Assembly: GCF_032062105.1 (NCBI RefSeq)
Contig: NW_026929962.1
Coordinates: forward strand, 372,001 to 436,000
DNA: 64,000 nucleotides
Reading direction: 5' to 3'
Source: Saccostrea cucullata
Lineage: Eukaryota
Part shown: piece after piece, positions 12,235-25,819 of the stretch
How the letters are laid out: each line of letters starts with the position of its first letter
Numbering within the stretch: position 1 is the first letter of the stretch
Program-made: the position numbers and the translations under genes
Notes under the pieces: generated by a model
Told to the model about the DNA's origin: nothing
Database searches by the model: none
The model's input: the letters and a program-made list of their open reading frames with translations, nothing else

Positions 12235-13644
12235 TTAGGTCACCTGAGTAAATTCGGGTGACATTGCCATCCGTTTTCGTCCGTCGTCGTGCGTCGTGTG
12301 TTAACATTTGAACATTTTCAGCTTCTTCTCTGCAACCACTCAACCAATTTCAACCAATTTTGGCATAAAGCATCTATGGGTAAAGGGGAACAAAAATTGT
12401 GAATTTCATGGTGCCTTCCCCCTTGGGCCTGATGGGTGGGGCCAAAACCACTAAAATTAATGTACTCTTTTAAAATCTTCTTCTTTACTCCTGGACAACA
12501 AGCAGTCAAACTGTTGGTATGAATGTAATGAGCATTGAGTCCTCTACCAAAATTGTGAAATTCATGGCCCTAGAATAAGGGGTTCTAGTACTAGGGCGGG
12601 GCTATATAGATTATATAATGAAAATACATTATTTCTGAAAATATTCTTCTCTGCTCCTGGGTATATAATAAACAAACCAAATACATGTATATAGTTATGT
12701 TGAATAAGGCTGCCTCTTCCAAAATTGTGAATTTCATGGCCCCAGGGTCAGGGGTTCTGGTGTTAGGACAGGGCTCTACTAATTATGTAGTGAAAATGCA
12801 TTAATTCTTTGAAAATCTTCTACTTTGCTTCTTGGCATTAAACCAGTGAACTATGTATATAGGTATAATGAGGAAGGATGCCTCTTCCAAAATTGTGAAT
12901 TTCAGGACCCCTAGGTTGGGGGTTCTGGGGTTAGGGTGGGACTCTATTGATATTGAAAATACCTTAATTCATTGAAAATCTTCTTCTCTGCTCCTGGGTA
13001 TGAAATAAACGTACCAAGTACATAGTTATGTTGAATAAGGCTGCATATTTCAAAATTGTGAATTTCATGACCCCAGGGTCAGTCGTTTTGGTATTAGTGC
13101 GGGGTTTTAATGATTAAATAGCAAAAATACATTAATTCTTTAAAAATCTCCTCTCCTCCTGGGTATTAAACCAGTGTACTATGTAAATAGTTATGATGAG
13201 GCAGGCTGCCTCTTCCAAAATTGTGAATTTCAGGGCCCTGGGTCAGGGGTACTTGTGGTGGGGAGGGGGGTTACATAGTTTGAAAATAAATTAATGCTTT
13301 GAAATCTGCTCTTTGGTATTAATCAACCATTTATGATGAACTACTGTAATTTATAATAAAATTTCCAGAATTTTGAAATATGTGCCCCAGGATCAGTGGT
13401 TCCTGTGAGGTGGGATGCACAACTGCTTATAAAGTGGAAATGCATTTCTCTTTGTTACTCTGATCTACCTCTGGGTATAAAGAAACCAAAGTAAGCAAGC
13501 TAAGTGTATAGTTATGATAAGCAATGGTGCCGCTTTCAAAATTGTGCATTTCATGGCCTTTGGTTTAAAACACGAAGCAATTCAATTGTTGGAAAGTTGT
13601 TACATGATACTCAGGTGACCTATAAGGCCCGTGGGCTCCTTGTT
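12235..13644 (-). mobile_element. HINE-like element with ~180-bp tandem units in PGRP-2 intron 1
   Basis: Reverse-complement match to the 1531-4416 family (tcaggtgacctataaggcccgtggg...ttgtt end; cgtccgtcgtcgtgcgtcg end). Confidence 0.75.
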
Positions 13645-13947
13645 TTTTTCTTTATTAAAGATTTTTCTATACATGATGACAACAGAGACATTGCAAAGAC
13701 ACATTAGATAAAAATGTTCATGTAAATACATTATTTAACATAAATGGTGTATTTCAGCTGTATGTTTAGTTCAATGCTTGGTTATTTCTATCGAAAGATC
13801 AACTTTTTATCATTACAAGTAATATATATGTAATTCTAATATACTAAGTAATGCATGATTTCAATATTAGATATAGTCTCAATTTCAGATTAAATTATGA
13901 CCTGTCAAGATTAAATATTGTTTGGGTGATATTATTATCAAACTTAC

Positions 13948-14030
13948 CAGAAAGAACAATTGGTACACCATTTTGTATTTGTACAAAAGAATATTTTTTC
14001 TGACGTGTGTCTAATTTTAAAACTGTAATG
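13948..14030 (-). other. Probable first exon of PGRP-2 (ATG at 13971, MVYQLFFL|gtaagt)
   Basis: Paralogous to the PGRP-1 first exon: shared ttagacacacgtca motif, ATG and strong gtaagt donor. Confidence 0.65.
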
Positions 14031-14554
14031 GCCAAACCGTATAATCTGATGGTTAATAACTGAGCAATATTTTTGCAATAAGAATAGAGCGTTAAAAATA
14101 TTACTATTCTAACATATTTTAATTTGTTTAAAATCAAAGACCTTTTATAGTTTACTTTCACTTTGACAAAATATAAACTCCGAAGTTTTTAAATGCAAAG
14201 GCCATTATTGATTCGAAAAAAAAACTCCTTCAGCTTTCTTTATTCATTTAAAAACGAACTTTATCTTTACCGTCAAGTGCCTCTTGTATTATCCTCAATC
14301 AAGATAATAAAAACACTGGTAATAAGCAACGCTCTTCTCTTCATTCCACATGTGCAGTGTTTTATAGTTTTAGAAGTAACCTCAAATATGAAAAATTACT
14401 TCCGGTCACGTGATTTCTTGCCCTCAAAATTTAGACACCTCTTAAATTAAAACAGATCAAGACACAAAAAGATATTGTCATACTAACCCATAAATATTTT
14501 GGGTATTTTCTTTTTCCCTCTTCATTTCTATTTGTACTTATTATCATTTTAATT

Positions 14555-15492
14555 TTTTTGTCCCCCGCTTTCGCGAAAGCGAGGGGACATTAAATCTCAT
14601 TCGTCTGTCTGTCTGTCCGTCACTCTGTCAGTCTGTCCGTCCGTCACAAAAACTTTAACCTTGCCCATAACTTTAAATTTAGTGAAGCCATGACTTTCAT
14701 ATTTAATATGTGTATTCCTTGTGACAAGACCTTTCTTTGGGTACCACCAAACTTGACCCTTTGACCTTGGAGTTTGACCCACTTTTACACAAAAATTCAA
14801 AACTTTTACTTTGGCTATAACTTTTGAATGGTAGGTACGAGGACTTTAATATTTCACATATTTATTCTTTGTAGCAAGACCTTTTATTGGATACCAATAA
14901 CTTTGACCTGTTGACCTTGGAGATTTCCGTACTTATGAACAAGCTTTAACCTTGACCATAAATTTTGAATGGTATGGGCTAGAGCTTTCATACTTCATAT
15001 ATATATAATTCTTGTGAGAAGACCTTTCATTGAATACCAAGAACTTGGACCTTGATCTTGAAGTTTGACCTACTTTTCAAAAACTTTGACCTTGGCCACA
15101 ACTTTTGAACAGTAGATACCAGGACTTTCATATTTCACATATGTATTCTTTGTGGCAAGACCTTTAATTTGATACCAAAAACTTTGACCTTTTGACCTTG
15201 ACCTTGGAAAATTTTTATACTTATGAGAAAACTTTAACCTTGATCATAACTTTTGAAGGGTAAGGGCTAGGGTTTTCACACTTCACATATGTAATCCTTA
15301 AGAGAAAACTTTTTATTGGATACCAAGAACGTTAACCCTTTGACCTTGACCTTGGAGGTCAGTGATAATTTCAAAATAGATGACTTATGATAGGGCGTTC
15401 ATATTAGACACAAAATGTCATATAAAAATGACATCTCACCCAAAAAAAAAACACCGAAAGCAGGGGACCACAATTCTTTGAATTTGCTTGTT
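14555..15492. mobile_element. HINE-like element (hairpin tcccccgctttcgcgaaagcgaggggac, (CTGT)n tract, ~150-bp tandem units)
   Basis: Terminal palindrome followed by microsatellite and repeated aactttaaccttg.../tttgaccttg units. Confidence 0.7.
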
Positions 15493-15560
15493 ATTATTAT
15501 TTATTGTATGTGTTAGTGTGTACAGCGCGATTCAACCTCGACTTATCTAAGGATCTCAAT

Positions 15561-16106
15561 TATGGAACGCCAAATTAACATATATTTAAATATTTGTACC
15601 TATCTTCAAATAATTGCAAATTGTCAATTGTTGCCATAGAAACAGGGGAAAAGTGAAAATTCTTTAACTTTGGTTTTTAAATCAAAGTACCGAAAGAACT
15701 GATACGATTTGATGGTTGTCCAAGCTTAGCTAATGGGTATTGTTTTAAGGATGAAGAAATGAAAGTTTTGTCCAGTTCGGGGCAACATACGCTATTGCTT
15801 GCAATAGCAGACTATCTAGTTATTATTGCCAATATCTTAGTAATTAAAGACACGTTCAATTCAATTGTACCTATCTTTAAATCAATTATACCTATCTTCA
15901 ATTCATTGCATTTGTACATATCTTCAAATCAATTGTACCTATCTTCAAGTGAATTAAAGATAGGTATAATTGAATTGTACCTATCTCTAATTCATTTGAA
16001 GATAGATACAATTGATTTAAAGATAGGTACAATTCAATTGGAGATAGGTACAATTATATGAGAATAGGTAAAAATATTTAAATATATGTTAATTTGGTGT
16101 TCCATA
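15561..16106. mobile_element. Palindromic MITE with internal tacctatcttca repeats; partial second copy at ~16283-16522
   Basis: TIR tatggaacgccaaattaacatatatttaaatattt / aaatatttaaatatatgttaatttggtgttccata. It contains a fragment (~15625-15815) that matches 60330-60510 in inverted orientation. Confidence 0.75.
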
Positions 16107-18225
16107 TTAACGCACAGAACCTACAGAGAGACTACACCGAGGAGGAAAGGAGAAATAAAGGTAAATTCAAAATGTGCAAAAAGCATCAAATATACTTATT
16201 TAAATCACATGTGTATCAATAAGTGTGCAAAAATATATACCGGAAATGACGTATGATAAAGGGAGTAATTATTTCCAATTTTAGTATCTTAGTAATTAAA
16301 GATAAATTCAATTCAATTGTACCTATCTTTAAATCAATTATACCTATCTTCAATTCATTGCATTTGTACATATCTTCAAATCAAATGTATCTATCTTCTA
16401 ATGAATTAAAGATAGGTAGCCTATGAATTAATTGTACCCATCTCTAATTCATTTGAAGATAGGTACAATTCATTTGAAGATAGGTACAAATATTTGAATG
16501 TATGTTAATTTGGCGTTCAATACTCAATAGCCACAGAATAATACATAATTTAAATGACCACAGAATATGCATGAAGACTATCTCAGAAGAAAAAAAATGT
16601 TTGGTAATTTCATGACATAAAATAATTTTTGCAAACTTTAAATTGCCTTTAGACCAGAAGTTAGAAGATTCTGATTACAAGTTCAAGTTCAATTACTAGT
16701 AATTAAATCAAGCCAATTAATGATACACGAGGTTCCATGTACAATATATACAAAAACAATGTACAAGATACACAGATTACATTCACTATTACTTTAAACC
16801 TTGTGTACTGGAGTATTTAAAATATTACGGTAAAAATGTGTACGTGTTTAAAAGTCCTTTGACCTATTATTACTCCACATAGACATTTAACTGTGAAATA
16901 CGTACACGATCATTCTCAAAAGGTCTTTGATATTTAGAAATATTTTGAAAGACTTGGGAAATTTGGGGTCTTTCTAGTCTACATTGTCTGACGGATATTG
17001 AAATCAAAGTTCCGTAATTGAGGTAAGTGTTCATGACGGATACAAAATGTTCACAGAAACGTTAATAAATAATGTTTATTATTTATAAAACACATCTGTT
17101 TCATGGTAATCGTTAATATATTGAAGATATGCATGTCTATTCTGTTCATTGTTTCTTTAAGCTGCACAAAATTTAAAGTTTAATCACAAATAAACATTAG
17201 AAGCAGTGAAAAAAGTTGAAACTATGCAAGATTCTATATTAAAAAAATTAAACGACTAGGAAAAGTTTGTCTTGCGGCTTTATCAGGATCATTTTGACTT
17301 TGTATGAAAAATTTGATCGAGAGTGAATTTTGATACTCCATGTACCAAGCAACGAATCACACGCTATACCCCATGCACAATCCCTTTAAGCACTCGATCG
17401 ATAATCTTTAAATATTGCAAAATAAATACAACGGGCTAAAAGCTTATTTATCATAGTCTTGCCAAAAATACGCAGATTATTTAAATAAAAATCTCATCCT
17501 TTCATCATGCTATAATTTTTCATTTGTATTGTATTTTTTTTTTCATCTGTATTGTATGTTTTATTTGTATTCTATAAATTCCATTTACATCGCGTATATT
17601 TTTTTTTCCAGATTTTTCTTGTATTATTGCTCATTTGTAATGAATAAGTATCCATATGTATTGTATTAATTTACAGAAAACAAAAAAATTAAAACAAAAT
17701 AATATACAAATAGGATATGATAGAATAGAAAATTAAAATTTATAGATTACAAAATAATTTTCACACATGCAAATGAAAAAAAAAATATAGCGTTATATAT
17801 ATTTGTCAGACATCTTCAAATTACCGGTAGGTTTCCTAATTCATTTACTTTTAACTTCAACAACATTTTTATTTTGAAAAACCTTTAAAACAAAATTTAG
17901 ACACACAGTGCATGCATATGTATTCAATTAATAATACTTCTCTTCAAGATATCACAAAGGTAAACTACATACACACTTAGCCTACCATTCTTTTCAATTA
18001 AGGAAATGGAATCAAATATACGTAGTGATTAAAGAATGTGCAGAGTCTCCGGGCAATGTTAAACTGTGCCAGTGATTGCAAAATAATATACGAAGTGAAT
18101 TGACAAATATTCTTTTGCTATTTATATATTGCTTTAGATATACCAACTACGTAGTGGACAAGTTTCTTATTTCTGTAAATTCCTTTTTAGTCTCTTCATC
18201 TTATTTATATTAAAGCGGAGTCAGG

Positions 18226-21200
18226 ATGGGAAAGTTGAGAGGTTTTCAGATAGGCTTGGACAATCTCCAGGGACTGTTTTGGGCGGGGCAGACTGTCAGC
18301 GGAAGGGCTGTCGTGGACCTCGAGTCCGAGATGAAGATGAGAGGTAAAAAAAAAACGTACGCCCATCTGTCGTAATAAAGATCATCACATCCACAAATAA
18401 TTAATCACATGTGAAGGAAAATATGTTGTACCTTTTTCAAAAAATAATATTTCAGATTTCCATACCTTCAAACTTTCTATCAATAAATTTCAACGGAGAG
18501 ATGTGTGCTTGTTGAAAATGAAATTATAATCTAAATGAAATTATTAAACCCCCCCCCCTAAAGATTTATCAATTTCTCTTCATGGTTTCAAGTAGAAGGT
18601 CTATGTAAGTAGTGATATTAGTCAGTACAGTGACATCTGGGTATTTCAGGAGGTATATAGCGTACCTCAATTTTCTTTACACTATGTTCAATATATGTTC
18701 TTTAACAACAAAATATTAAAAGAAAAATATTCAAAATCTTTTTCTCGAGAACCACCAGGCTAGAAAAGCTGAAACTTATGTGGAAGAATTCTCAGGTAAT
18801 GTAAAAGTGGGGAATGAAAGATTTATTTTGAAATATAATGAAAACTAGGCTAATCTTTAAAAATCTTCTTCTCAAGAATCACTGGGACAGAAAAGCTGAA
18901 ACTTATACTAAAGTATTCTTTGATAGAGTAAATTCTAATTAAATTGTCATGACCCCGGGGGTAGGGTGGAACTACAGTGGAAAATCTAAGTTTTACATTT
19001 TTAAAAATATGCAGAAAAACTAACATTATTAACTGGAACCTGCCAAGAGATCACACAGTATTAAGATATAGTTTGGAAAAAAGTGTTGCTCGGACGGAAT
19101 CTTATTACCTTGACCTCTGACCTTAAAGTTAATAGGTTTCTTCATCAGGCCATAGGAAGTTGTGATATAAAATTTTATTTAAAAAGAAAATATATGGTTA
19201 ATATCATCTGATATTTGCAATGTTTGAATTTGATATCAAAAGGGGTCTTCTTAGGGTCATAAGGGGCTGTGCTATATTCTTGAGAAGACATCCTCTGGAA
19301 ACGAAAGTATTACACACAAACTTAATGTTAAAAATTGAAACCTTAGTCTAAGGTCACATGGGTTCAAAATTAACTGGGGTCTTCTATTTGTCATTTTGAA
19401 ATTAAATTTTATTGAAGAAAGCTAAAAAAAAAATAAATAATAAAATACTTAGTTATCATCTGAAAAATGTTATTTATAATGTATGATTTTGACCTAACCT
19501 TTGAACTTTTTTACTTTTTTAGTCAAAGATGATCTTCTTTAGGCTATAATGAGTGGCGTGATATATAATCTAATGGAAAAGCTCAAAGACATTTAAAGAT
19601 ATAGCACGGATACAAAATGTTACAAAGATAATGAATAGATAAATATAGATATGACCTTAGACTTCGATCTTTTGACCTCAAAATTAATAGAAATCATCAA
19701 TAAACGAAAGTGTAACACATAGAATGTTTGAATTTATGGCCTTGACCTTTGAACTTTTGACCACAATATAAAATAGGGTCTTTTTAAGCGACGGGGTATA
19801 AAAATGTCATTGCAAGAGTTCAGAGGCTTTTTGAGAAATTGTCCAGAAATGAAAGTATTACACGCAGATATGTTAGAATTTATAACCTTGACCTCAAAAT
19901 TAGGAGGGTTTTCTTTGAGCCATAGGGTATTGTGCTATGAGATTTCATTGCAAAAGCTCATAAGTTTTTTTCTATATATGTTATTTAGTAATGTTTAGTC
20001 TGCTTGCTCCCCCCCCCCCCCCCCCGTTACGATTTTTATCCACCCAACCCCTTTTTATCTCCAACAAAATAGAATTTTTGACTATATCATTTAACGTTTT
20101 TGCCTGTGCCAATTTTTTTTTTATGGAAATGTATAGTAATCCTGTGGAATCTGCAAATATCTTTATAAGTGACATTATATATATTGTCAGAAATCAGGTT
20201 GACTTTTGAGGGGAAAGCAAATGTGAGGTGGTCAGAGAGTCGTGGGTCTGGTAAAAACAGACACACTGTAACCTACAGAGCAAGTGAATGTTATTTCAAC
20301 ACTGAATTAGCCGTGTTTGGAAAAGGTAAGAGAAAACCTTAATACATTTTTCAATATCTAGAATGATATTTTGATTTTGTAATTTTATGAATTCCCTTTG
20401 TTAATTTTCTTGTCTCTTTAGCCAAACATTCTTTGTAAATTGTTCACTTCTTTGATAGGCTTAAGTGGTGGAGATGAATACACCTTGCCTCCAGGACAAC
20501 ACGCATTTCCTTTTTCATTTGTATTGCCTCCAAATTTACCATCTTCATTTGAAGGGAATCATGGTTACGTGCGATATATCGTTAAAGGTACCATCGACAG
20601 GCCATGGAGATTTGACGATCACACAGTTCTTGCATTTTCAGTCTTAAGTCCTCTAGATCTCAACCAACTACCCTTAGCCTCAGTAAGCTATTACTGGAAA
20701 ATTTTATAATTAATGTATAATTGAACACTTGTTTTTTTTCCGTGATGCAACCTTTAAAAAGCTTGTAATATGTTTCGTTTGTAGCAAGGGGCTGAGGCAA
20801 CAGATTCAAAGAACCTGTGCTGCTTGTGTTGTAAATCAGGTCCAATAGTAGGAACGATAAAAGTACACCGGTTGGGCTATGTTCCTGGAGAATCTGTATA
20901 TTTTGAGGCTAGTGCTCAGAATATGACAGGTCGTGAATGTGGAATGTCTGCTAACTTGGAAATGGTAATGGCTTCAAAAATGCAATTGAATTAAGGTTTC
21001 TTGTCAACCAAATGTTGAGAGAATAGTCTGCATATTGGTACCACTCATACATGTATGAAAATCAAGGCTCGTGATATTTGGCATGCGTAAAGAGCATCAG
21101 AACGCACTGTCAACCATCATAATCACCGTTGAACTATGGTCTAAAAATGAAATATGTATTTCAATGTGAAAAGATGCCCTGGCAAAATAAGAAAGATATG

Positions 21201-23421
21201 TTTGTGAAAGATTAATACTCTTCTCAGTCAAGGTAAAGAGGTCAAAAATATTAGTACCCAAAGGAAGGTCTTGGCAAAAGAGATATACAATGTACCTGTG
21301 AAATATAAAAGCCCAAGCGTCAACCATTCAGAAATTATGGTGTTCAAAAGTAGGCAAAAACTTCAAGATCAAGGTCACGGGGAAAATGTTTATAAACGAG
21401 TCCCATGGGCCACAACGGTTACCTTTCCACAAAGGCAAGGAACATGACATTGAGCAGTGAGGGATCTTTTTCGTGCCAGCGCGATTCTTGAAAATGTGTC
21501 CAAAATGTTTGAAAAAAGTTTGCAGACGGACTGTAAATTGTATAATGGGATATTTTTATCTTTATGAAAAATATGATTCCTATAAAATTAACTTTTTTTC
21601 TTATTGAAGGTAACCGTCTTTCATGCGAGGAGTAAAAGTCGCTCGAGTGTACAAACCATCAACAGCATTCAGCACCAAAACCTTAATCCTGGAGACACGA
21701 ACGTTTGGAGTGGAGACAGAATTATCCTACCCCCTCTACCCCCGTCTTACCTTACCCACTGTAATATAATTGACATAAGATATTACTTAAAGGTAAATAT
21801 AAAGATGGCGGCTGATGGTCGCTCAAACTTCATAATAATGACCACACTTGCAAACTAGTTCCATGATATTTTAGGATTTAATAAACTATGGTTTGATAAT
21901 TTAACTAAAGCTAGTTTCTTGATGTCATCAAAAAGCAAGATTTTGGATTTTTATTGCATTTTCGTGGACCCTTGTGATGGGTCCAATACCAGTACCAATA
22001 CCAGTGTCAACCGTTTGCAATTACTAGTGTATTCATATTTTTTTTAAAAAAACTAAAACTGAGTATAGTTAAAAACTAAAACTAAGTCGATTCAATAGAA
22101 ACTTACGATCGTCATCAGTATAATTATTACAGCGTATGTAACCACTGGTTGCACAGGCCAGCCCTACGGTTTTTGCTTCTGGTAATGTCTCCTATAATTT
22201 CCACACTGTTGAAAAGAGCCCCATTCCGTATCATACCTATTTTAAATCACATAGAACTTCATTATAAACTATTTTAAATCAAGTAAATATATCATAGTTG
22301 GATGATTAATAATTTGGTCAATTCTTCATATTGCAGATAAGTGAATGAGATAATACATTTGTAAATCTTTCAGTGTATTTAACGTTAATTAATCCTTATT
22401 TTGCAGCTGATCATCGATCCCTCTGGTCCTGCGTTTGACCTGGTCGTTCCGATTGAAATTATTATTGGGACCGTCCCTCTACATTCAGCTGTACAACAGT
22501 ATCATCAAACATTATCATCAGTCCGACCATCGGCGCCACCGGAAATCGCAATGCGTAAGTTCGAAGACTTTAGGAATAGTTTCATCATGTATCATTCTCT
22601 CGCTATACCCATGATACCCCCCTCTCCCCCTTTCTCTCTCTCTCTCTCTCTCTCTGAATGTGTTTGTGTAATTGAATGGGCGCAATTATATAATACTTAA
22701 TATGCAACAAATAGAACTATTCCTCCCTTGCTGTTAATGGCAAATGTTTTACTGTGATGGTAAATCGCTATGTCAGTGTCCCCCTATGAAAGTGGGGATA
22801 TTAATTTCGGCCTGTTTGTCCGTCTGTCTGTCTGTCTGTAAAACTCGTTTCCATGCGATATCTCGAGACGCCTTTGAGCCTTTGCAGTGACATTTTACAC
22901 AACTCCCTATGGCTTAAGACAGATCCCTAATGATTTTGAGGGCAAAAGAGCAATGGTCACACCGCGTGTGTGTAAACTTTCATTTCCAGGCGATATCTCA
23001 AGAAGACTTTGAGTTTTTGCAATTAAACTTTATACCATTACTCCCTATGGCACTGCCTGCCCTTCTACCCCCCCCCCCTTTTCGACACCCCCGATCCACG
23101 CATGCTCTTCTTTTTTCCGAAAGCGTTATACACAGATTCTCTGAATTAGATTGTTTATAAATTCAAATGCAGACTTTTCTTTAGAATTGTGAAATTTCTG
23201 TAATTTGAGTAAGTTAAACAACTGAATTTTGGAAGTTTTATAAACGACTTGTTTAACAAATGCTGCTATAAGATGAAATTGACTTGTTCATTTTAGCTGC
23301 CCCGTCATACAACGAGTCTATTCTGGGACCCACCAATATAACAGAGGAAGGGGATGGTGAACACACACAAGGACAGCTAAACTTTACACCCACCTATACG
23401 TACTATAACTGGTCAAAATAA
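18226..23421 (+). CDS. Alpha-arrestin / arrestin-domain-containing protein A (ARRDC-like), 370 aa
   Basis: Exons 18226-18343, 20191-20325, 20459-20682, 20785-20964, 21610-21792, 22407-22554 and 23297-23421 (1113 nt). Motifs: LPPGQHAFPFSFVLPPNLPSSFEGNHGYVRY, CCLCCKSGPI, GYVPGE, IIDIRYYLK, IIIGTVP and tail PAPSYNES...FTPTYTYYNW. Confidence 0.93.
22768..23060. mobile_element. Short HINE-like fragment in ARRDC-A intron 6
   Basis: Hairpin tccccctatgaaagtgggga, (CTGT)n tract and short repeat units. Confidence 0.55.
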
Positions 23422-24194
23422 ACATTGGACAAATCACTATACTGCAGGAGCAAGGTTACCATTAAAAGGCCTAATTTGGCGGTCTTCCTCCAATTAAACT
23501 GTATTGTACCTTCCTCGCAGCTTATGTACAGTGCAATTTAATGACTTGTGTTAAAATCAAATCTCTTTATTCACACTGTATGTACATGTATGCACCAAAA
23601 AAGAGTAAGCATTACTAGAATATTGGGTTATTAGGCCTAGTTAAAACATTTGATTCATAATACATTGACTAGCTAGAAAATTGTCAGCTAAAACCTAAGT
23701 AATTTCACTTTTTCAGAAATTCACATGGTCAATGAAGGCCATCAGCAATTTAATTTGATTTCAATTAAAGTGGGGTGGATGTTTGTGAACATTGAAAATG
23801 GAATAATATTGAGAGAAAATTGAGAATATGTACCATTTTTGAATGTAAAACTATTGGTTACTATTTTTTTAAATTATATTATGAAATGCAAGTACTATTT
23901 AGAATGACAGGGCAATATTTTCTTCAAAAAAGACAAAAAAAAAAGAAGATATTTTTTTTAAAAAAAAATCCTTACATTTTCAAATTTAATGACCTTATGA
24001 TCAAAATTTATGAAGAAAATCTTCAAAACTGTCCGCTCCATTAAATATAAATTGCAGATTATAATTTTCCTTCATTCTTTTCTTTTTTTATATACCAGTC
24101 TATTTATTGATCATTGACTGTTATTTTTGTTTGTATATATATGAATACAGTACCTCATGTTAGTCATGCACCAGTGATCTTAACAAAACTTTAA

Positions 24195-24526
24195 GTGTTA
24201 AAAATCGAGAAATAATATCAAAGTTTAGGATGTCTGATCACAATTTATTTATTGAAAGGGGTAGATACACGAATACTAATAGAAATGAAAGAAAATGCAT
24301 ATTGTGTAGTCTAAATGATACAGAAGATGAATTTCACTTCATTTTACAATGTCCAACATATGAAAATTTAAGGAAGAAATATATTAAAAAATATTATTAT
24401 AAAAATAGTAGTGTATATAAATTAATACAATTCCTAAGTGTCCAAAATGTAAGGGAATTAAGAGGTTTGGATAATTTTTTAAGAGAAGCGTGTCATTTAC
24501 GAGAAAGTAAAATAAATTTATTGTAA
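24195..24526 (+). mobile_element. 3' end of a non-LTR retrotransposon (LINE) ORF2
   Basis: RMSDHNLFIERGRY...ERKCILCSLNDTEDEFHFILQCPTYENLRKKY is the C-terminal CCHC zinc-knuckle region typical of LINE ORF2. Confidence 0.85.
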
Positions 24527-25819
24527 TAATAAGTACTATAATATTGATTTAATATTATGATACATGTAACACAATAATATGTATGTATATATATGTACAT
24601 TTATCAATACTAGTGTTAATTCATTGTGCTATATGTTTACATGGCAATTATGTATATGTATGTAATTAATATGTTAATCTGATGTATCTGTTGATACAAG
24701 GAATAAAAGAAAGGAAAAAAAGATCTGGTTTTTGAGTGATTAAAGAATTGAAAACAACCTTAATGATGTGCAGTTTTGCTTTGTTATGTTGTAGAACTAT
24801 CATCTATTGTCCATTGTACGTCTTGCCAGGGACACCAAAAGCTTTGATAATTTGTGTCTCTGTTGTCACGGAAAACCCGAAATATTGTCCTAAAAAATGT
24901 TACACAGGAGGTGAACAATAACATTATGTATTAAATAATAATTACTTCTACTAAATTCTCATTGAAATGTTAAGTGGTATATAAGGAGTTGCAGATATCA
25001 TAAGTGATGGGTTCCCAACTTCATTGCGAGGGGATACTAGGGCCTAATACATTCAATGCTTTTATGACGTCACGAATTACTTAAAACGTCATATATCAAA
25101 AGAACCGGTAAGTTGTTTTTTTTTTAAATTTCGTCTTTTTCACGTTTATCGATTTGGTTTCTAGCATCTTGTATTTAATTTATGGATCTACAAAATCATT
25201 GTGACATGAAACATAGTTACAGATGTACAAACACAAAACTAACCGTGAGATAATTGAATATCCGAGTATGTTATATAACCTACTCAATGTGTAAAATCAC
25301 CTTTCTGGGATTTATAATATCAAATCTTATATTGGTATAGAATATCATCTATTTGAATACTAGTAGGTGATAAACTTATGTATCTTTTGAATAGGCGGCA
25401 TTACCTATTCAAATAATTAAGTCTAACTGACGGTGATCGATATCATATTATCAGCTGATCAGATCATATATATGATAGATCACCAATTTGAATAGGCTTA
25501 TCATCGAGTTAGCTCGAATTTATATTGATCACCAATTTGAATAGGTTATATTCAATATGGATGCTTGATATCATTTATTTGAAACACTAAATGGCAATAC
25601 ATGTATACCCAAAACAGCGCTTCATAAAGGTTTAATTGATGTATTTCGGTTTAAAAAGTGTCGGATTTGGTTGAAGCGGACCACATTTTAACGAATTTTT
25701 GCATATTTATTTTAAACATAATACCAAACCTGATGGTTCGTAGTCCTAGTGGAAAAATCCACCAAACCAATGAACAGAGTCTAAAGGAAACTTCGAAAAT
25801 GAAAATACATAAATAACTA

